Shown: positions 27,707-38,317 of the stretch, piece by piece | How positions within the stretch are numbered: position 1 is the stretch's first letter | Layout of the letters: each line of letters begins with the position of its first letter | Source of the DNA: Nitrospirota bacterium | Lineage (GTDB): Bacteria; Nitrospirota; Thermodesulfovibrionia; Thermodesulfovibrionales; SM23-35 | Reading direction: 5' to 3' | DNA length: 64,000 nt | NCBI GenBank assembly: GCA_040754395.1 | Contig: JBFMCL010000010.1 | Span: 43,620 to 107,619, forward strand | Made by a program: the position numbers and the translations under genes | Notes under the pieces: model-generated | The model's database searches: none | What the model was told of the DNA's origin: nothing | What the model saw: the letters and a program-made list of their open reading frames with translations, nothing else

Positions 27707-29107
27707 TTACTTGAACAAAAATTCCATCTGTTTGAGATGTTCGCCAGGGAAACTTATCGGATAATCACAGTCAAAACAGGCAGTACAGTAATTGTGAGAA
27801 TCCGGGACGATCTTCTTGAGCCCTTCAAGGCTGAGATAGGAAAGCGTGTCTGCGGTGACATACTTCCTGATCTCGTCAAGGAGATGGGTAGACGCGATCA
27901 GTTCCCTTCTCGTAGGGGTGTCGATACCGTAAAAGCAGGGACCGATGGTCGGCGGGGAACTAATCTTGAGATGCACCTCTTTCGCGCCTCCGCCTTCCCG
28001 GAGCATCTTGACAATCTTCTTGCTCGTAGTGCCTCTGACGATCGAATCGTCGATCACAATGAGCCGTTTCCCCTCAAGAAGCTTCCGAACGGGGTTCAGT
28101 TTTATCTTTACCCCGAAATGCCTGATGCTGTGTTTTGGTTCGATGAATGTTCTTCCGACATAGTGGTTTCGTATGAGACCGAAATCGAAGGGAATTCGGC
28201 TCTCTTCCGAAAACCCGATGGCAGCAGGAACACCGGAGTCAGGGACAGGGATGACAAGGTCAGCATCTATCCTGGACTCCCTTGCAAGCTGCCTGCCGAA
28301 TTCCTTCCTCATTTCGTTCACGTTCTGACCCCCGAAGATGTTGCTGTCCGGTCGTGAGAAATAGATGAACTCGAATACACAGAATGCTTTCCGGTGACTG
28401 TTGAATATCTTCAGAGACTCAAGCCCCTGTTCATTGACGATCAGCACCTCGCCCGGTTCAATGTCACGGATATAGGTTGCGCCGATCAGGTCAAATGCGC
28501 AAGTCTCTGACGCGATAACCACCGCGCCATCTTTCATTCCGAGACTGAGCGGTCTCACTCCGAAGGGGTCGCGTACGGCGATGAGCTCTTTTTCTCTCAG
28601 AATAAGCAGGCTGAATGACCCGCTGATCTGGGAAACGGCGTGGGCAACTCTTTCATAAAAGTCATTTCCCTTTGAATGAGCGATAAGATGCACGATGACT
28701 TCACTGTCAGATGATGACTGGAAAATAGCTCCTTCATCCTCCAGAGAATTCCTGAGGTCCGATGCGCTGACAAGGTTTCCGTTGTGCGCGATCGCGAGCG
28801 TACCGAGCGCAAAGTTCGCCACGATGGGCTGCACATTCTTGAGCACACTCGTTCCTGCGGTCGAATATCTGTTATGGCCGATCGCTATGTGGCCCGGAAG
28901 CCTTCTCAGACGTTTTTCACTGAAGATGTCGGCGATAAGCCCCATGGACTTTTCGAGAAAAATCTGCTTTCCGTCAGAAGAGCATATGCCTGCACCTTCC
29001 TGGCCCCGGTGCTGCAGTGCATACAGCCCGAGATATGTCAGATTTGCTGCTTCAGGATGTCCGTAGACCCCGAATACGCCGCACTCTTCATGAATATCAT
29101 GGAACAT
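27707..29107 (-). CDS. purF: Amidophosphoribosyltransferase
   Basis: ECGVFG (Ntn cysteine), [31 protein letters not shown]. Confidence 0.98.
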   Translation of the reverse strand: MFHDIHEECGVFGVYGHPEAANLTYLGLYALQHRGQEGAGICSSDGKQIFLEKSMGLIADIFSEKRLRRLPGHIAIGHNRYSTAGTSVLKNVQPIVANFALGTLAIAHNGNLVSASDLRNSLEDEGAIFQSSSDSEVIVHLIAHSKGNDFYERVAHAVSQISGSFSLLILREKELIAVRDPFGVRPLSLGMKDGAVVIASETCAFDLIGATYIRDIEPGEVLIVNEQGLESLKIFNSHRKAFCVFEFIYFSRPDSNIFGGQNVNEMRKEFGRQLARESRIDADLVIPVPDSGVPAAIGFSEESRIPFDFGLIRNHYVGRTFIEPKHSIRHFGVKIKLNPVRKLLEGKRLIVIDDSIVRGTTSKKIVKMLREGGGAKEVHLKISSPPTIGPCFYGIDTPTRRELIASTHLLDEIRKYVTADTLSYLSLEGLKKIVPDSHNYCTACFDCDYPISFPGEHLKQMEFLFK

Positions 29108-29191
29108 GACAGATATATTTTAACATATATAAGTTCCTTGAAAAAAAGAAATTTTGTTGACCTTAAAATTCGTTCTATGGTAGAAAATTAG

Positions 29192-30595
29192 ATGAATGAA
29201 AAGCAGAAAATGCTTTCCCATCTGCCCTCGGTTGATGAGATCTTGAAGCAAGAGCAATGCATTGCATGGCTTCACACCTATCCGAGAAGATATGTCCTGC
29301 AGGCGGTGCGGCAGGGGATAGATGCGAAGAGAAAAGAAATCATCGAAGGCCTCGCTGCTGACCTCTCGGACGAGGTGATGATGGCTGACATCGCGAGGAA
29401 TCTGGAAAAACTTGCTTCTCTCAGCCTGCAACCGCTCATCAATGCAACCGGGGTAGTAATCCATACCAACCTCGGCCGCTCCACATTATCGGAGCGGGCG
29501 CTTGAGAATATCAGAAGGGTGTCCGAGAGCTATTCGAATCTTGAATACGATATCGCGCAGGGCAAAAGAGGAAAACGGTATACGCATATCAAGCGCATCC
29601 TCAGGGAGGTTACCGGAGCAGAGGACGCACTGGTCGTGAACAATAACGCGGCGGCCGTGCTGCTCTGCCTGAATACCCTTTCGAAAGGGAAAGAGGTGAT
29701 CGTTTCACGGGGAGAACTGGTCGAGATAGGAGGTTCTTTCAGAATGCCGGATGTCATGGCCGCAAGCGGCGGTATTCTCAGGGAAGTGGGGACGACCAAC
29801 AAGACCCATCTCCATGATTACGCACAGGCAATCAATGAAAATACCTCTCTGCTCCTGAAAATACATACATCCAATTTCAGGATCGTGGGATTCACCGAAG
29901 AAGTATCCATAGAGGAACTTGTAACGCTCGGGAAGAAACATCAGCTTCCGGTCATGTTCGATCTCGGAAGCGGATGTCTTGTCGATCTGAAGCAATATGG
30001 CCTGCACGATGAACCGGCTGTCAGGGAGATCGTCGCAAAAGGGGTTGACATCACGACCTTCAGCGGGGACAAGCTCCTGGGAGGCCCCCAGGGAGGGGTC
30101 ATTGTCGGGAAAAAGGAATACATAGAGAGACTCCAGAAAAACCCGATGACACGGGCGATGAGGATAGACAAGCTGACACTTGCAGGATTCGAGGCAACAC
30201 TGATGGAGTATGTCGATGAGGAGAAGGCAATGAAGAATATCCCGACTCTCAGGATGCTCCTTCAAAAGCCTGAAGAGATAAGGGCCAGGGCAAACAGGAT
30301 AGCAAGGAAAATAAAGGGCCGGATCAGCGGCCTGCAGATTAAGGTTATTCAGGATGTATCAAGGGCAGGCGGCGGAGCGCTCCCTGAGGTTGACCTTCCT
30401 ACCTATGCAGTAGCAGTCACTTCCAATGAACTCTCGGTCAACGAATTCGAAGAACGGTTGCGTAAGGGTACCCCGCCGATTATCACGAGGATCAAGGAGG
30501 ATTCCCTGATCTTTGATGCAAGGACGATCAGGGAAAGAGATTTCGACGGCATCCTGCAGGGAATCGAGGCGGTGCTGTCAGGGAATTCCCCGTAA
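29192..30595 (+). CDS. selA: L-seryl-tRNA(Sec) selenium transferase
   Basis: INATGVVIHTNLGR, VNNNAAAV, ELVEIGGSFR, EVGTTN, FSGDKLLGGPQ. Confidence 0.97.
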   Translation: MNEKQKMLSHLPSVDEILKQEQCIAWLHTYPRRYVLQAVRQGIDAKRKEIIEGLAADLSDEVMMADIARNLEKLASLSLQPLINATGVVIHTNLGRSTLSERALENIRRVSESYSNLEYDIAQGKRGKRYTHIKRILREVTGAEDALVVNNNAAAVLLCLNTLSKGKEVIVSRGELVEIGGSFRMPDVMAASGGILREVGTTNKTHLHDYAQAINENTSLLLKIHTSNFRIVGFTEEVSIEELVTLGKKHQLPVMFDLGSGCLVDLKQYGLHDEPAVREIVAKGVDITTFSGDKLLGGPQGGVIVGKKEYIERLQKNPMTRAMRIDKLTLAGFEATLMEYVDEEKAMKNIPTLRMLLQKPEEIRARANRIARKIKGRISGLQIKVIQDVSRAGGGALPEVDLPTYAVAVTSNELSVNEFEERLRKGTPPIITRIKEDSLIFDARTIRERDFDGILQGIEAVLSGNSP

Positions 30596-30634
30596 CGCGA
30601 CCTGTGCCGGACTGAGCAGTCTCACTCCGTACAG

Positions 30635-30703
30635 GTGGAATGCCGGAAAGTGTTCAACTGCAGCAATACGCAATGCCCGTGCAATTCCAATCCTTCTGCA
30701 TAA
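30635..30703 (+). pseudogene. Possible decayed remnant of a Cys-rich (two-CW-type) sensor domain
   Basis: VECRKVFNCSNTQCPC resembles KCWEVFQCAERDCPA of the 35735 gene; followed by stops. Confidence 0.25.
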
Positions 30704-30865
30704 TACCTGGAAATTTACAAATACGCAGACACATGCGATAATTGAAATGCAAAGCATATGTGTTACGAACAGAAAAGGCTTTTTCATACGCGACAACAGA
30801 GCAGGATTTGACATGGCATACGCAGGCAGGCTGTCCGGTTGCTATATCAAAGGAGGAAAAGGAGC

Positions 30866-32806
30866 GTGAATATCCCGCTTGCTGTCCTGATCATAGAGGA
30901 TTCGGACGATGACACTCTGCTCATTGTCCGCGAACTGCGGCAGGCGGGTTATGATCCCCGATATGAAAGGGTTGAAACCGCCCAGGCGATGAGAAAAGCC
31001 CTTGAGCAACAGATGTGGGATATCGTCGTTTCGGATTATGTGATGCCCAGTTTCAGCGGACTGGACGCATTGAAACTCATGCAGGAGAAAGGTCTTGACC
31101 TCCCGTTTATTATTGTTACCGGCAATATCACCGAAGATATGGCTGTTGAGGCCATGAAAGCCGGTGCCCATGACTGTGTGATGAAAGGCAAACTGTCGCG
31201 TCTCGCTCCCGCAGTGCAGAGAGAACTGAGAGAGTCGGAAGGACGCAAGAGACGCAGGCAGGCGGAAGAGAAACTGCGCCAGATAGAGGAACAGTATCGT
31301 GCTGTTATTGAGGATATGCCGGCGCTTATCTGCCGCTTCCTGCCCGATGGCACCCTTACCTTTGTCAACGAGGCATACAGCCGGTATTTCAACAAAAACA
31401 GTGCGGAACTCATAGGGAGCAATTTCTTGCATTTCATCCCGGAACATGAAAGAACGCATGTCAGAAAATTGTATTCGTCGCTGACTCCTGAGAAACCGAT
31501 CATTCACTATGAGCATACCGTATTGGCCCCTGACGAAACAATCAGGTGGCAGCGGTGGATTGACCGTGCGATCTTCAACCCGCACGGCGTGCTCATTGAG
31601 TATCAATCCATCGGAGAAGATGTGACTGATCTCAAGAAGGCTGAGGAAGAAAAACTCAGGCTGAGAGAGCAACTTCTTCAGGCCCAGAAAATGGAAGCCA
31701 TCGGCCAGCTTGCCGGCGGCATCGCCCACGACTTCAATAACATTCTGACAGCAATCATGGGGTATGTGCATTTTTTGAAGGCAAGCCTGACTGCTGATAA
31801 ACCTGCACGGAAATATGTCGACCAGATATTGTCAGCCGCAGAAAGGGCGGCAAAACTTACCCAGAGCCTTCTGGCTTTTAGCAGAAAGCAGATCATCAAC
31901 CCGAAACCGTTGAGATTAAACGAAATTGTCGAACATATCCAGAAACTTCTCCTCCGGATTATCGGGGAAGACGTAGAGCTGAGTACTATCCTGACCGGGA
32001 AAGATACCGGGGTAATGGCAGATGCCGGACAGATTGAACAGGTATTGATGAATCTTGCGGCAAATGCAAGGGATGCAATGCCCGAAGGAGGGCTCCTCAG
32101 GATAGAAACCGAGGTGATCGAACTGGACGAAGCATTCGTGAAGATGCACGGATATGGAAAAAACGGCAGGTACGTGCTGATGACAGTTACGGATACAGGA
32201 ACAGGCATGGATCAGGGAATCCGGGAAAGGATATTTGAACCGTTCTTCACCACAAAGGAATTTGGCAGGGGTACAGGTCTTGGCCTGTCCATCGTGTATG
32301 GCATCATCAAGCAGCATGAGGGATTCATCAATGTCTACAGCGAACCCGGCAAGGGGACAACATTCAAGATATATCTTCCCCTGATCACCGCAAGAACAGA
32401 AGAAGTGCAGCCGGAGAGCGTGAGCCCTTTGGCTGGTGGTTCGGAGACCATACTCCTTGCAGAGGATGATGACGGTGTCCGGATATTCACCAAATCCCTG
32501 CTTCAGAAGTTCGGATATACCGTCGTGGAGGCGTCGGACGGGGAAGACGCAATACGCAGGTTCAGGGAATATCAGGACCGGATACATCTCCTCCTCATCG
32601 ATGTCATCATGCCGAAGAAGAACGGCAAAGAGGTATATGATGAAATAACAAAGGTAACCCCTGAAATGAAAGTGCTCTTCATGAGCGGGTATACCGCGGA
32701 CATCATCCACAAGAAAGGGATTGCCGAGGAAGGACTGGATTTTGTCCTGAAACCTGTCTCGCCGACCGAGCTGCTGAGAAAGCTGCGGGAACTGCTTGAC
32801 AGGTGA
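30866..32806 (+). CDS. Hybrid sensor kinase REC-PAS-HisKA-HATPase-REC
   Basis: H-box [10 protein letters not shown] boxes (EPFFTTK, GTGLGL), N- and C-terminal receivers; GTG start after SD GGAG. Confidence 0.92.
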   Translation: MNIPLAVLIIEDSDDDTLLIVRELRQAGYDPRYERVETAQAMRKALEQQMWDIVVSDYVMPSFSGLDALKLMQEKGLDLPFIIVTGNITEDMAVEAMKAGAHDCVMKGKLSRLAPAVQRELRESEGRKRRRQAEEKLRQIEEQYRAVIEDMPALICRFLPDGTLTFVNEAYSRYFNKNSAELIGSNFLHFIPEHERTHVRKLYSSLTPEKPIIHYEHTVLAPDETIRWQRWIDRAIFNPHGVLIEYQSIGEDVTDLKKAEEEKLRLREQLLQAQKMEAIGQLAGGIAHDFNNILTAIMGYVHFLKASLTADKPARKYVDQILSAAERAAKLTQSLLAFSRKQIINPKPLRLNEIVEHIQKLLLRIIGEDVELSTILTGKDTGVMADAGQIEQVLMNLAANARDAMPEGGLLRIETEVIELDEAFVKMHGYGKNGRYVLMTVTDTGTGMDQGIRERIFEPFFTTKEFGRGTGLGLSIVYGIIKQHEGFINVYSEPGKGTTFKIYLPLITARTEEVQPESVSPLAGGSETILLAEDDDGVRIFTKSLLQKFGYTVVEASDGEDAIRRFREYQDRIHLLLIDVIMPKKNGKEVYDEITKVTPEMKVLFMSGYTADIIHKKGIAEEGLDFVLKPVSPTELLRKLRELLDR

Positions 32807-32895
32807 TTCAGCATGAAGGAGTATATGGGCACAGATGATTGCTGCATGTGCAGGAGCCGGAAACACTGAACATGAGGGAGTGAAAACCGTATGCC

Positions 32896-34329
32896 ATGAC
32901 GAGACATAAGACTCGCACAGGACGCATACTTGTTGTCGATGATGACACTGCCGTACTGGCCCCGCTATCTGACATTCTGTCCGAAATGGGCTATGAGGTT
33001 GTAGGGTACCTTTCGCCAAATGAGGCTTTGCCGGTATTGGAGGAAAAGGATTTTGACCTGCTGATTACCGACCTTATGATGCCGGAAATGGACGGCATTT
33101 CCTTTATTAAGAAAGCTCAGGCAAAAACCCCTCTTCTTGTGTGTGTTGTGGTGACCGGACATGCGACGGTCAGGACCGCAGTGGAAGCAATGAAGGCCGG
33201 TGCATTTGATTACATCACAAAGCCCATAGAATGGAAAAACCTGCGGCTGATACTGGAACGGGCAATGGAAGTCAGCCAGCTTCGGAAATCAGAGGAAAAA
33301 TACCGTGCGATTGTTGAAGATCAGATGGAATTTATCTGCCGTTTCCTGCCCGATGGTACCATTACTTACATCAACAAGGCATATTCACGTTTTTTCAGCA
33401 GCATACCCGAAGAGCTTATCGGCCGGAATTTCTTTCAGTTTCTGTCTGACGCGGTGAGAGATTGTGTAAGAACGCATTACTCTTCCCTGAGTCCGGGGAA
33501 TCCGGTCACAGCCTATGAGCTTTGCATGACTAAACCTGACGGGGGAATCAGCTGGCACCGGTGGACGGGCCGGGCATTATTCGATGACCTCGGACGCCTT
33601 ATCGAATTTCAGTCAGTGGGCCATGACATTACCGAACGTGTACAGGCAGAGCTGGAGCTGAAAGAGTCGAGAGATCAGCTGAAAGCGCTCACCAAGCGCC
33701 TGGCAGAGGCAGAAGAGGCTGAGCGCCGGAGACTTGCCCGCGAACTGCATGACCTGGTGGGACAGAACCTCACGGCGCTCGGGATTAATCTGAATATGCT
33801 TCATGACCAGCTGTCCCCGGTAATGACACAAGAGATCGGGATGCGGCTGAATGATGCGCTCTCCATACTTGCGGAGACAGCAAAGAGCATACGGGATGTC
33901 ATGACCGATCTTCGTCCTTCTGTTCTTGATGACTATGGCCTGTTTGCCGCAATGCGCTGGTACAGCGACCAGTTTTCAAAGCGCACCGGCACCGATATCG
34001 TTCTGCAGGGCAATGAACTTGTTCCGCGATTGCCCGTTGAAGCCGAAACGACTTTTTTCCGCATTGCCCAGGAAGTATTGACCAATGTGGCGAAGCATGC
34101 GCAGGCACAGCACATCACAATCTCCCTTCAAGAAGAGAGGGGAATTGTACAGATGGCCATTACTGATGACGGCAAGGGATTTGCACACACTCTGCTGAAA
34201 GAGATTCCCGGCAGGAAAGGGTTGGGGCTGATCAACATTAAGGAGAGAGCGGAAACAATTGGCGGAAATGTGCAGGTGACCTCCGCGCCGGGAAAAGGTA
34301 CACGGGTCGCAGTTGAAATAGCGAGATGA
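32896..34329 (+). CDS. Hybrid kinase REC-PAS-HisKA_3-HATPase (NarX-like kinase core)
   Basis: ARELHDLVGQ, DLRPSVLDDYGL, FRIAQEVLTNVAKHA, DDGKGF, GLGL. Confidence 0.92.
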   Translation: MTRHKTRTGRILVVDDDTAVLAPLSDILSEMGYEVVGYLSPNEALPVLEEKDFDLLITDLMMPEMDGISFIKKAQAKTPLLVCVVVTGHATVRTAVEAMKAGAFDYITKPIEWKNLRLILERAMEVSQLRKSEEKYRAIVEDQMEFICRFLPDGTITYINKAYSRFFSSIPEELIGRNFFQFLSDAVRDCVRTHYSSLSPGNPVTAYELCMTKPDGGISWHRWTGRALFDDLGRLIEFQSVGHDITERVQAELELKESRDQLKALTKRLAEAEEAERRRLARELHDLVGQNLTALGINLNMLHDQLSPVMTQEIGMRLNDALSILAETAKSIRDVMTDLRPSVLDDYGLFAAMRWYSDQFSKRTGTDIVLQGNELVPRLPVEAETTFFRIAQEVLTNVAKHAQAQHITISLQEERGIVQMAITDDGKGFAHTLLKEIPGRKGLGLINIKERAETIGGNVQVTSAPGKGTRVAVEIAR

Positions 34330-34333
34330 AGGG

Positions 34334-34987
34334 ATGACGATAAGGGTTTTTATTGCTGACGACCATGCGGTGGTGCGGGATGGACTGAAACTCCTGCTGG
34401 AGGCGCATGGTGACATCGTGGTCGTTGGCGAAGCAGCAGACGGACGCCAGACAGTGAGAATGGTAAAGCAGTCGCGTCCTGATATCGTGCTAATGGATGT
34501 TGCCATGCCGAAGCTCAATGGCATAGATGCTGCCCGTCAGATCCTCGAATGCTGCCCTTCCATTAAGGTGGTTGTGCTCTCCATGCATGCCTCAAATGAA
34601 TACGTCTATCAGGCATTGAAGGCAGGTGCGAGGGGATATCTTCTGAAGGAATCGGCGGGCAAAGAGGTGGTAAATGCTGTGCGTACCGTTTACAGCGGCA
34701 GGAGGTATCTGAGCCAGCAGATTACCGAAACAGTCCTCGAAGGCTATATGCAAAAGGCAGGCGCAATGTCTTCCAGAAGTCCGGTGGAACGTCTCAGTAC
34801 CCGTGAACGGGAGATCCTGCAGTGTATTGTTGACGGAAGATCCAATGCCGAGATTGCAAAACACCTTTCTCTTTCCATTAAGACAGTGGAAACATACAAA
34901 AGCCGCCTGATGGCAAAACTCAACATACATGACCTACCCGCTCTGGTAAAATTTGCGATCAGGCATGGACTGACAACAGTCAAATAA
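34334..34987 (+). CDS. NarL/LuxR-family response regulator
   Basis: ADDHAVVR, LMDVAMP, LSTREREIL...SIKTVETY HTH. Confidence 0.95.
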   Translation: MTIRVFIADDHAVVRDGLKLLLEAHGDIVVVGEAADGRQTVRMVKQSRPDIVLMDVAMPKLNGIDAARQILECCPSIKVVVLSMHASNEYVYQALKAGARGYLLKESAGKEVVNAVRTVYSGRRYLSQQITETVLEGYMQKAGAMSSRSPVERLSTREREILQCIVDGRSNAEIAKHLSLSIKTVETYKSRLMAKLNIHDLPALVKFAIRHGLTTVK

Positions 34988-35054
34988 ATCCGTACCGTCG
35001 TCAAAATATCCCCTCAGGTTCTGTCAAGATCTCCTGACAGACAACAACACAACA

Positions 35055-35086
35055 AAATACTACAATAGTATTTATTTAAATATTTA
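35055..35086. promoter_or_regulatory. Two adjacent palindromes in an AT-rich promoter region
   Basis: AAATACTA-CAA-TAGTATTT (35055-35073) and TAAATATTTA (35077-35086). Confidence 0.35.
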
Positions 35087-35109
35087 TGTAAAAATTTTGG
35101 GTAAAACTT

Positions 35110-35538
35110 GTGTCTGGCGCAGATAGCACACAGAAACCTCAGAAGCCAACGATCCTTGTGGTAGAAGATCATGACGCCTTGCGTGATTCTTTGAAAAAAT
35201 GGCTCAGTTCGATTTTCCAGGACTGCAGCGTGCTCCAGGCCAGAAGCGGAGAAGAGGCGCTGGATGCGCTTTCGGACCATCCGCCGGATGTCGTCTTAAT
35301 GGATGTCATGCTGCCGGGGATGAACGGTATCGAAACTGTCCGGAAGATAAAGCATTCGCTGCCGGATGTCAGTGTGGTAATGCTGAGTATCTATGAAGAC
35401 CCTGCGTATAAGACAGATGCAGCGGACGCAGGGGTGGATGCATATGTGTCAAAGCGGAAAATGGGAACTGAATTGATTCCGGTCATTACAAAGCTGCTGT
35501 ATGGTCAGGGGTTCAGAAATGCGGGTTTGTCAATATAA
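35110..35538 (+). CDS. Stand-alone receiver-domain protein
   Basis: VVEDH, LMDVMLPGMNG, YVSK; no output domain. Confidence 0.88.
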   Translation: MSGADSTQKPQKPTILVVEDHDALRDSLKKWLSSIFQDCSVLQARSGEEALDALSDHPPDVVLMDVMLPGMNGIETVRKIKHSLPDVSVVMLSIYEDPAYKTDAADAGVDAYVSKRKMGTELIPVITKLLYGQGFRNAGLSI

Positions 35539-35734
35539 TGCTGTGAAACATGACATATACCGGACCTTATTGCCCACAGGAAACAATCTTCCCAATCTCC
35601 TCTTTTTTCGGCAACATGCGAATATTCAAAAAAATATGTGATAAAATCATGATAACGCAATCTGACATGAACACCATCCGGATATGGCCCCGGAAAAAAC
35701 TTGTGTGTATTGTATCGCTGTCCGGATCAGACAA

Positions 35735-38170
35735 ATGACACAGAAAAGGAAAAAAACAGCGCGCAGCACCGAATTACCTGCAAAGATGAAATGCTGGGAG
35801 GTTTTTCAGTGTGCAGAAAGAGACTGCCCCGCATTCAGGAAACGCGACCTGAAATGCTGGCTCAAATCAGGGACTCACTGCAGGAAAGAGATCCATGGCA
35901 AATTTGTGGAAAAGCTGGAAATGTGCCTTGCGTGTAAGGTATTTAAAGCCAATATGGATGTTGCTGCAATGCACAAGACCCTGAAATCGGTCAGCGTCCA
36001 GCTCAAAGAATACAGGAAAAAGGTTGCTGCCCATGACCGCGAACAGGAACACATGAATATGGAACTCGCGATAGGGATGTCCGAGGTCTTTGAGGCATTG
36101 AAAAAGATTTCCCTGGGCGACCCTTCGATAAGAATCGGGGAAGCTTCGAAAATCGAGCTGGTCAGGAAATTGAAACAGATCGTGAACCTCACCGCGGAAA
36201 ATATCGGGGAGATTGTTAACCAGTCTCACGAGTTCGCGATGGTGCTTGCCGAACATTTTGATGTCCTGCATCGGGTATCACAGGGGGACCTGCATGCACG
36301 GGTCTCCGGAAAATCTCCCATTGAACTGCTGGAAGCGCTCAAAAACGTCACCAATGACATGATCGTGAGCATTGAACGGGAAATTGCCGAGCGCAGGCAG
36401 ACCGCGGAAACCCTGCGGAGTCTGGAGGCGCTTGAATCATCGATCCTCAGCGCGATCCCTCACGCGGTCGTCGGGCTCCGCGAGCGCAGGATATTTTTTG
36501 CGAATAACGCGGTTGAAGCGGTTTTTGGATGGAAACCGGAAGAGCTGATCGGCAGGAACACGCGCGTTCTGTACCGGAGTGACGAAGAGTATGAGGAGAT
36601 AGGAAGGCACTTCTATCCTGTTCTTGAAACGCAGAGAGTCCACGGGGAGGAATTTCCCTGCAGGAAGAAGAACGGCGCAGACATGATGTGCATGGTGAGC
36701 GCATCGGTGATTGGTCCGGCATTGGAGCAACAGGGCATCGTTGTCATTTATGAAGACATCTCTGAACGCAAACATATGGAAGCAGCGCTCAGGGAGAGCG
36801 AAAAGAAATACCTTGACCTCTATCAGAATGCGCCTGACGGCTACCATTCACTGGGACCTGACGGCACAATCCTTGAAGTAAACAATACATGGCTTGAGAT
36901 GTTCGGATACGATCGGGATGAGATCCTCGGTAAAAGTACATTTCCTGACCTCCTCACCGAGGAAGGGAAACAAATCTTCCGGCAATCATTTGCCGAGCTG
37001 AAACAGAAGGGATCAGTCGAAAACATCGGGTATTCTGTTCGGCGGAAAGACGGCACCCTGCTCCCTGTGGTGATTAATGCCACTGTGGTGAATGATGAAC
37101 ACGGACGATTTGTGAGAACACGGACGATTGTTCGTGACAACAGCGAAAAGATGGTATACGAGAAACGGCTTATGCGTGCATCAAATGAATGGCGTGCAAC
37201 ATTCGACTCCATGCCGTACGGCGCCATGCTGCTTGATAGAGACCTGAAAATCATGCGGGCCAATATCTACCTTTCCGGCATATTTCAGAAACCTATTCAG
37301 GATTTCATAGGGGCTGATTGCAGCATATTGCCATTCACTCACAGCGGGCCGAAAGAGTTCTGCACTATGCTCGGGACCAAGGATACACATGCCACAGAGA
37401 AACTGGAATTTCATGATACGGTGCTCAACCGGCATTTTCTGATGCAGGGAACCCCTGTACTGGACGATGAAGGGCTGATAAGGGCTTTTGTGATCTCCCT
37501 GATCGATATCTCCGAGCTCAAGGAAAAGGAACAGAGACTGACCGAAGGCAAGGACGCGTTTTTCAACATGCTCAAGGAACTGGACGTTTCCTATAAGGAG
37601 CTCAAAGGGCTTTATGAGAGCCTCATCCATTCATTTGTCAATGCGATAGATGCAAAAAGCCCGTGGACAAAAGGACACTCCGAACGGGTCACCCGCTATG
37701 CAGTTGCTATTGCACGCGAGCTCGATCTCAGGGAGAAAGAGATCGATATGCTCAGGATCGCTGCCCTCCTTCATGATATCGGCAAGATCGGCACGTACGA
37801 CCAGATTCTGGATAAGCCGGGAAAGCTGACCGACGAAGAATTTGCCCTCATACGGATGCATCCGGTGCGGGGGGAGGAGATCCTGAAACCCATAAAACAG
37901 TTCCAGGATCTGCTTCCGATTGTACGGCATCATCACGAACGATTGGACGGAAGGGGATACCCCGACAAACTTACAGACGGACAGATACCGCTCCTGTCAA
38001 AGATTATCTGTATCGCCGATTCGTATGATTCCATGACATCCGACCGGCCGTACAGGCCTGCTCCGCCACCGGAATACGCGCTCTCCGAACTGGAAAAATG
38101 CAAAGGCACCCAGTTTGACCCGGACGCTGTAGATGCGTTTCTCAAATTTCTCGCAAAAAACGGAAAGTAA
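35735..38170 (+). CDS. HD-GYP phosphodiesterase with N-terminal Cys-rich domain, tandem HAMP-like repeats and three PAS domains (start could be 35684)
   Basis: CWEVFQC...CP...CW...C...CxxC; GHSERV, HDIGKIG, HHERLDGRGYP, ADSYDSM. Confidence 0.9.
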   Translation: MTQKRKKTARSTELPAKMKCWEVFQCAERDCPAFRKRDLKCWLKSGTHCRKEIHGKFVEKLEMCLACKVFKANMDVAAMHKTLKSVSVQLKEYRKKVAAHDREQEHMNMELAIGMSEVFEALKKISLGDPSIRIGEASKIELVRKLKQIVNLTAENIGEIVNQSHEFAMVLAEHFDVLHRVSQGDLHARVSGKSPIELLEALKNVTNDMIVSIEREIAERRQTAETLRSLEALESSILSAIPHAVVGLRERRIFFANNAVEAVFGWKPEELIGRNTRVLYRSDEEYEEIGRHFYPVLETQRVHGEEFPCRKKNGADMMCMVSASVIGPALEQQGIVVIYEDISERKHMEAALRESEKKYLDLYQNAPDGYHSLGPDGTILEVNNTWLEMFGYDRDEILGKSTFPDLLTEEGKQIFRQSFAELKQKGSVENIGYSVRRKDGTLLPVVINATVVNDEHGRFVRTRTIVRDNSEKMVYEKRLMRASNEWRATFDSMPYGAMLLDRDLKIMRANIYLSGIFQKPIQDFIGADCSILPFTHSGPKEFCTMLGTKDTHATEKLEFHDTVLNRHFLMQGTPVLDDEGLIRAFVISLIDISELKEKEQRLTEGKDAFFNMLKELDVSYKELKGLYESLIHSFVNAIDAKSPWTKGHSERVTRYAVAIARELDLREKEIDMLRIAALLHDIGKIGTYDQILDKPGKLTDEEFALIRMHPVRGEEILKPIKQFQDLLPIVRHHHERLDGRGYPDKLTDGQIPLLSKIICIADSYDSMTSDRPYRPAPPPEYALSELEKCKGTQFDPDAVDAFLKFLAKNGK

Positions 38171-38317
38171 TCCCGCCAGGTACACATAAACAGCTTCCTT
38201 CTCTGTAAATAGGTTTTACATGAAGGGGTGTGCAGGTGTGGTATCATGAAAAAATGAAGATCCTGATACTGAATACACTGAAGATCTTCCTGAGAAGCTT
38301 TTTCCAGGGATGCCGGG

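Noticed and set aside
27209-28357. 382-aa plus-strand ORF across the aminopeptidase and purF
   Set aside because: Antisense shadow spanning two real genes; no motifs.
30827-30843. AGGCTGTCCGGTTGCT as a sigma54 promoter for the kinase cluster
   Set aside because: GG-N10-GC spacing fits but the -24 box is poor; too weak to call.
30842-33019. Long minus-strand ORFs of 309 and 367 aa
   Set aside because: Antisense shadows of the hybrid kinase genes.
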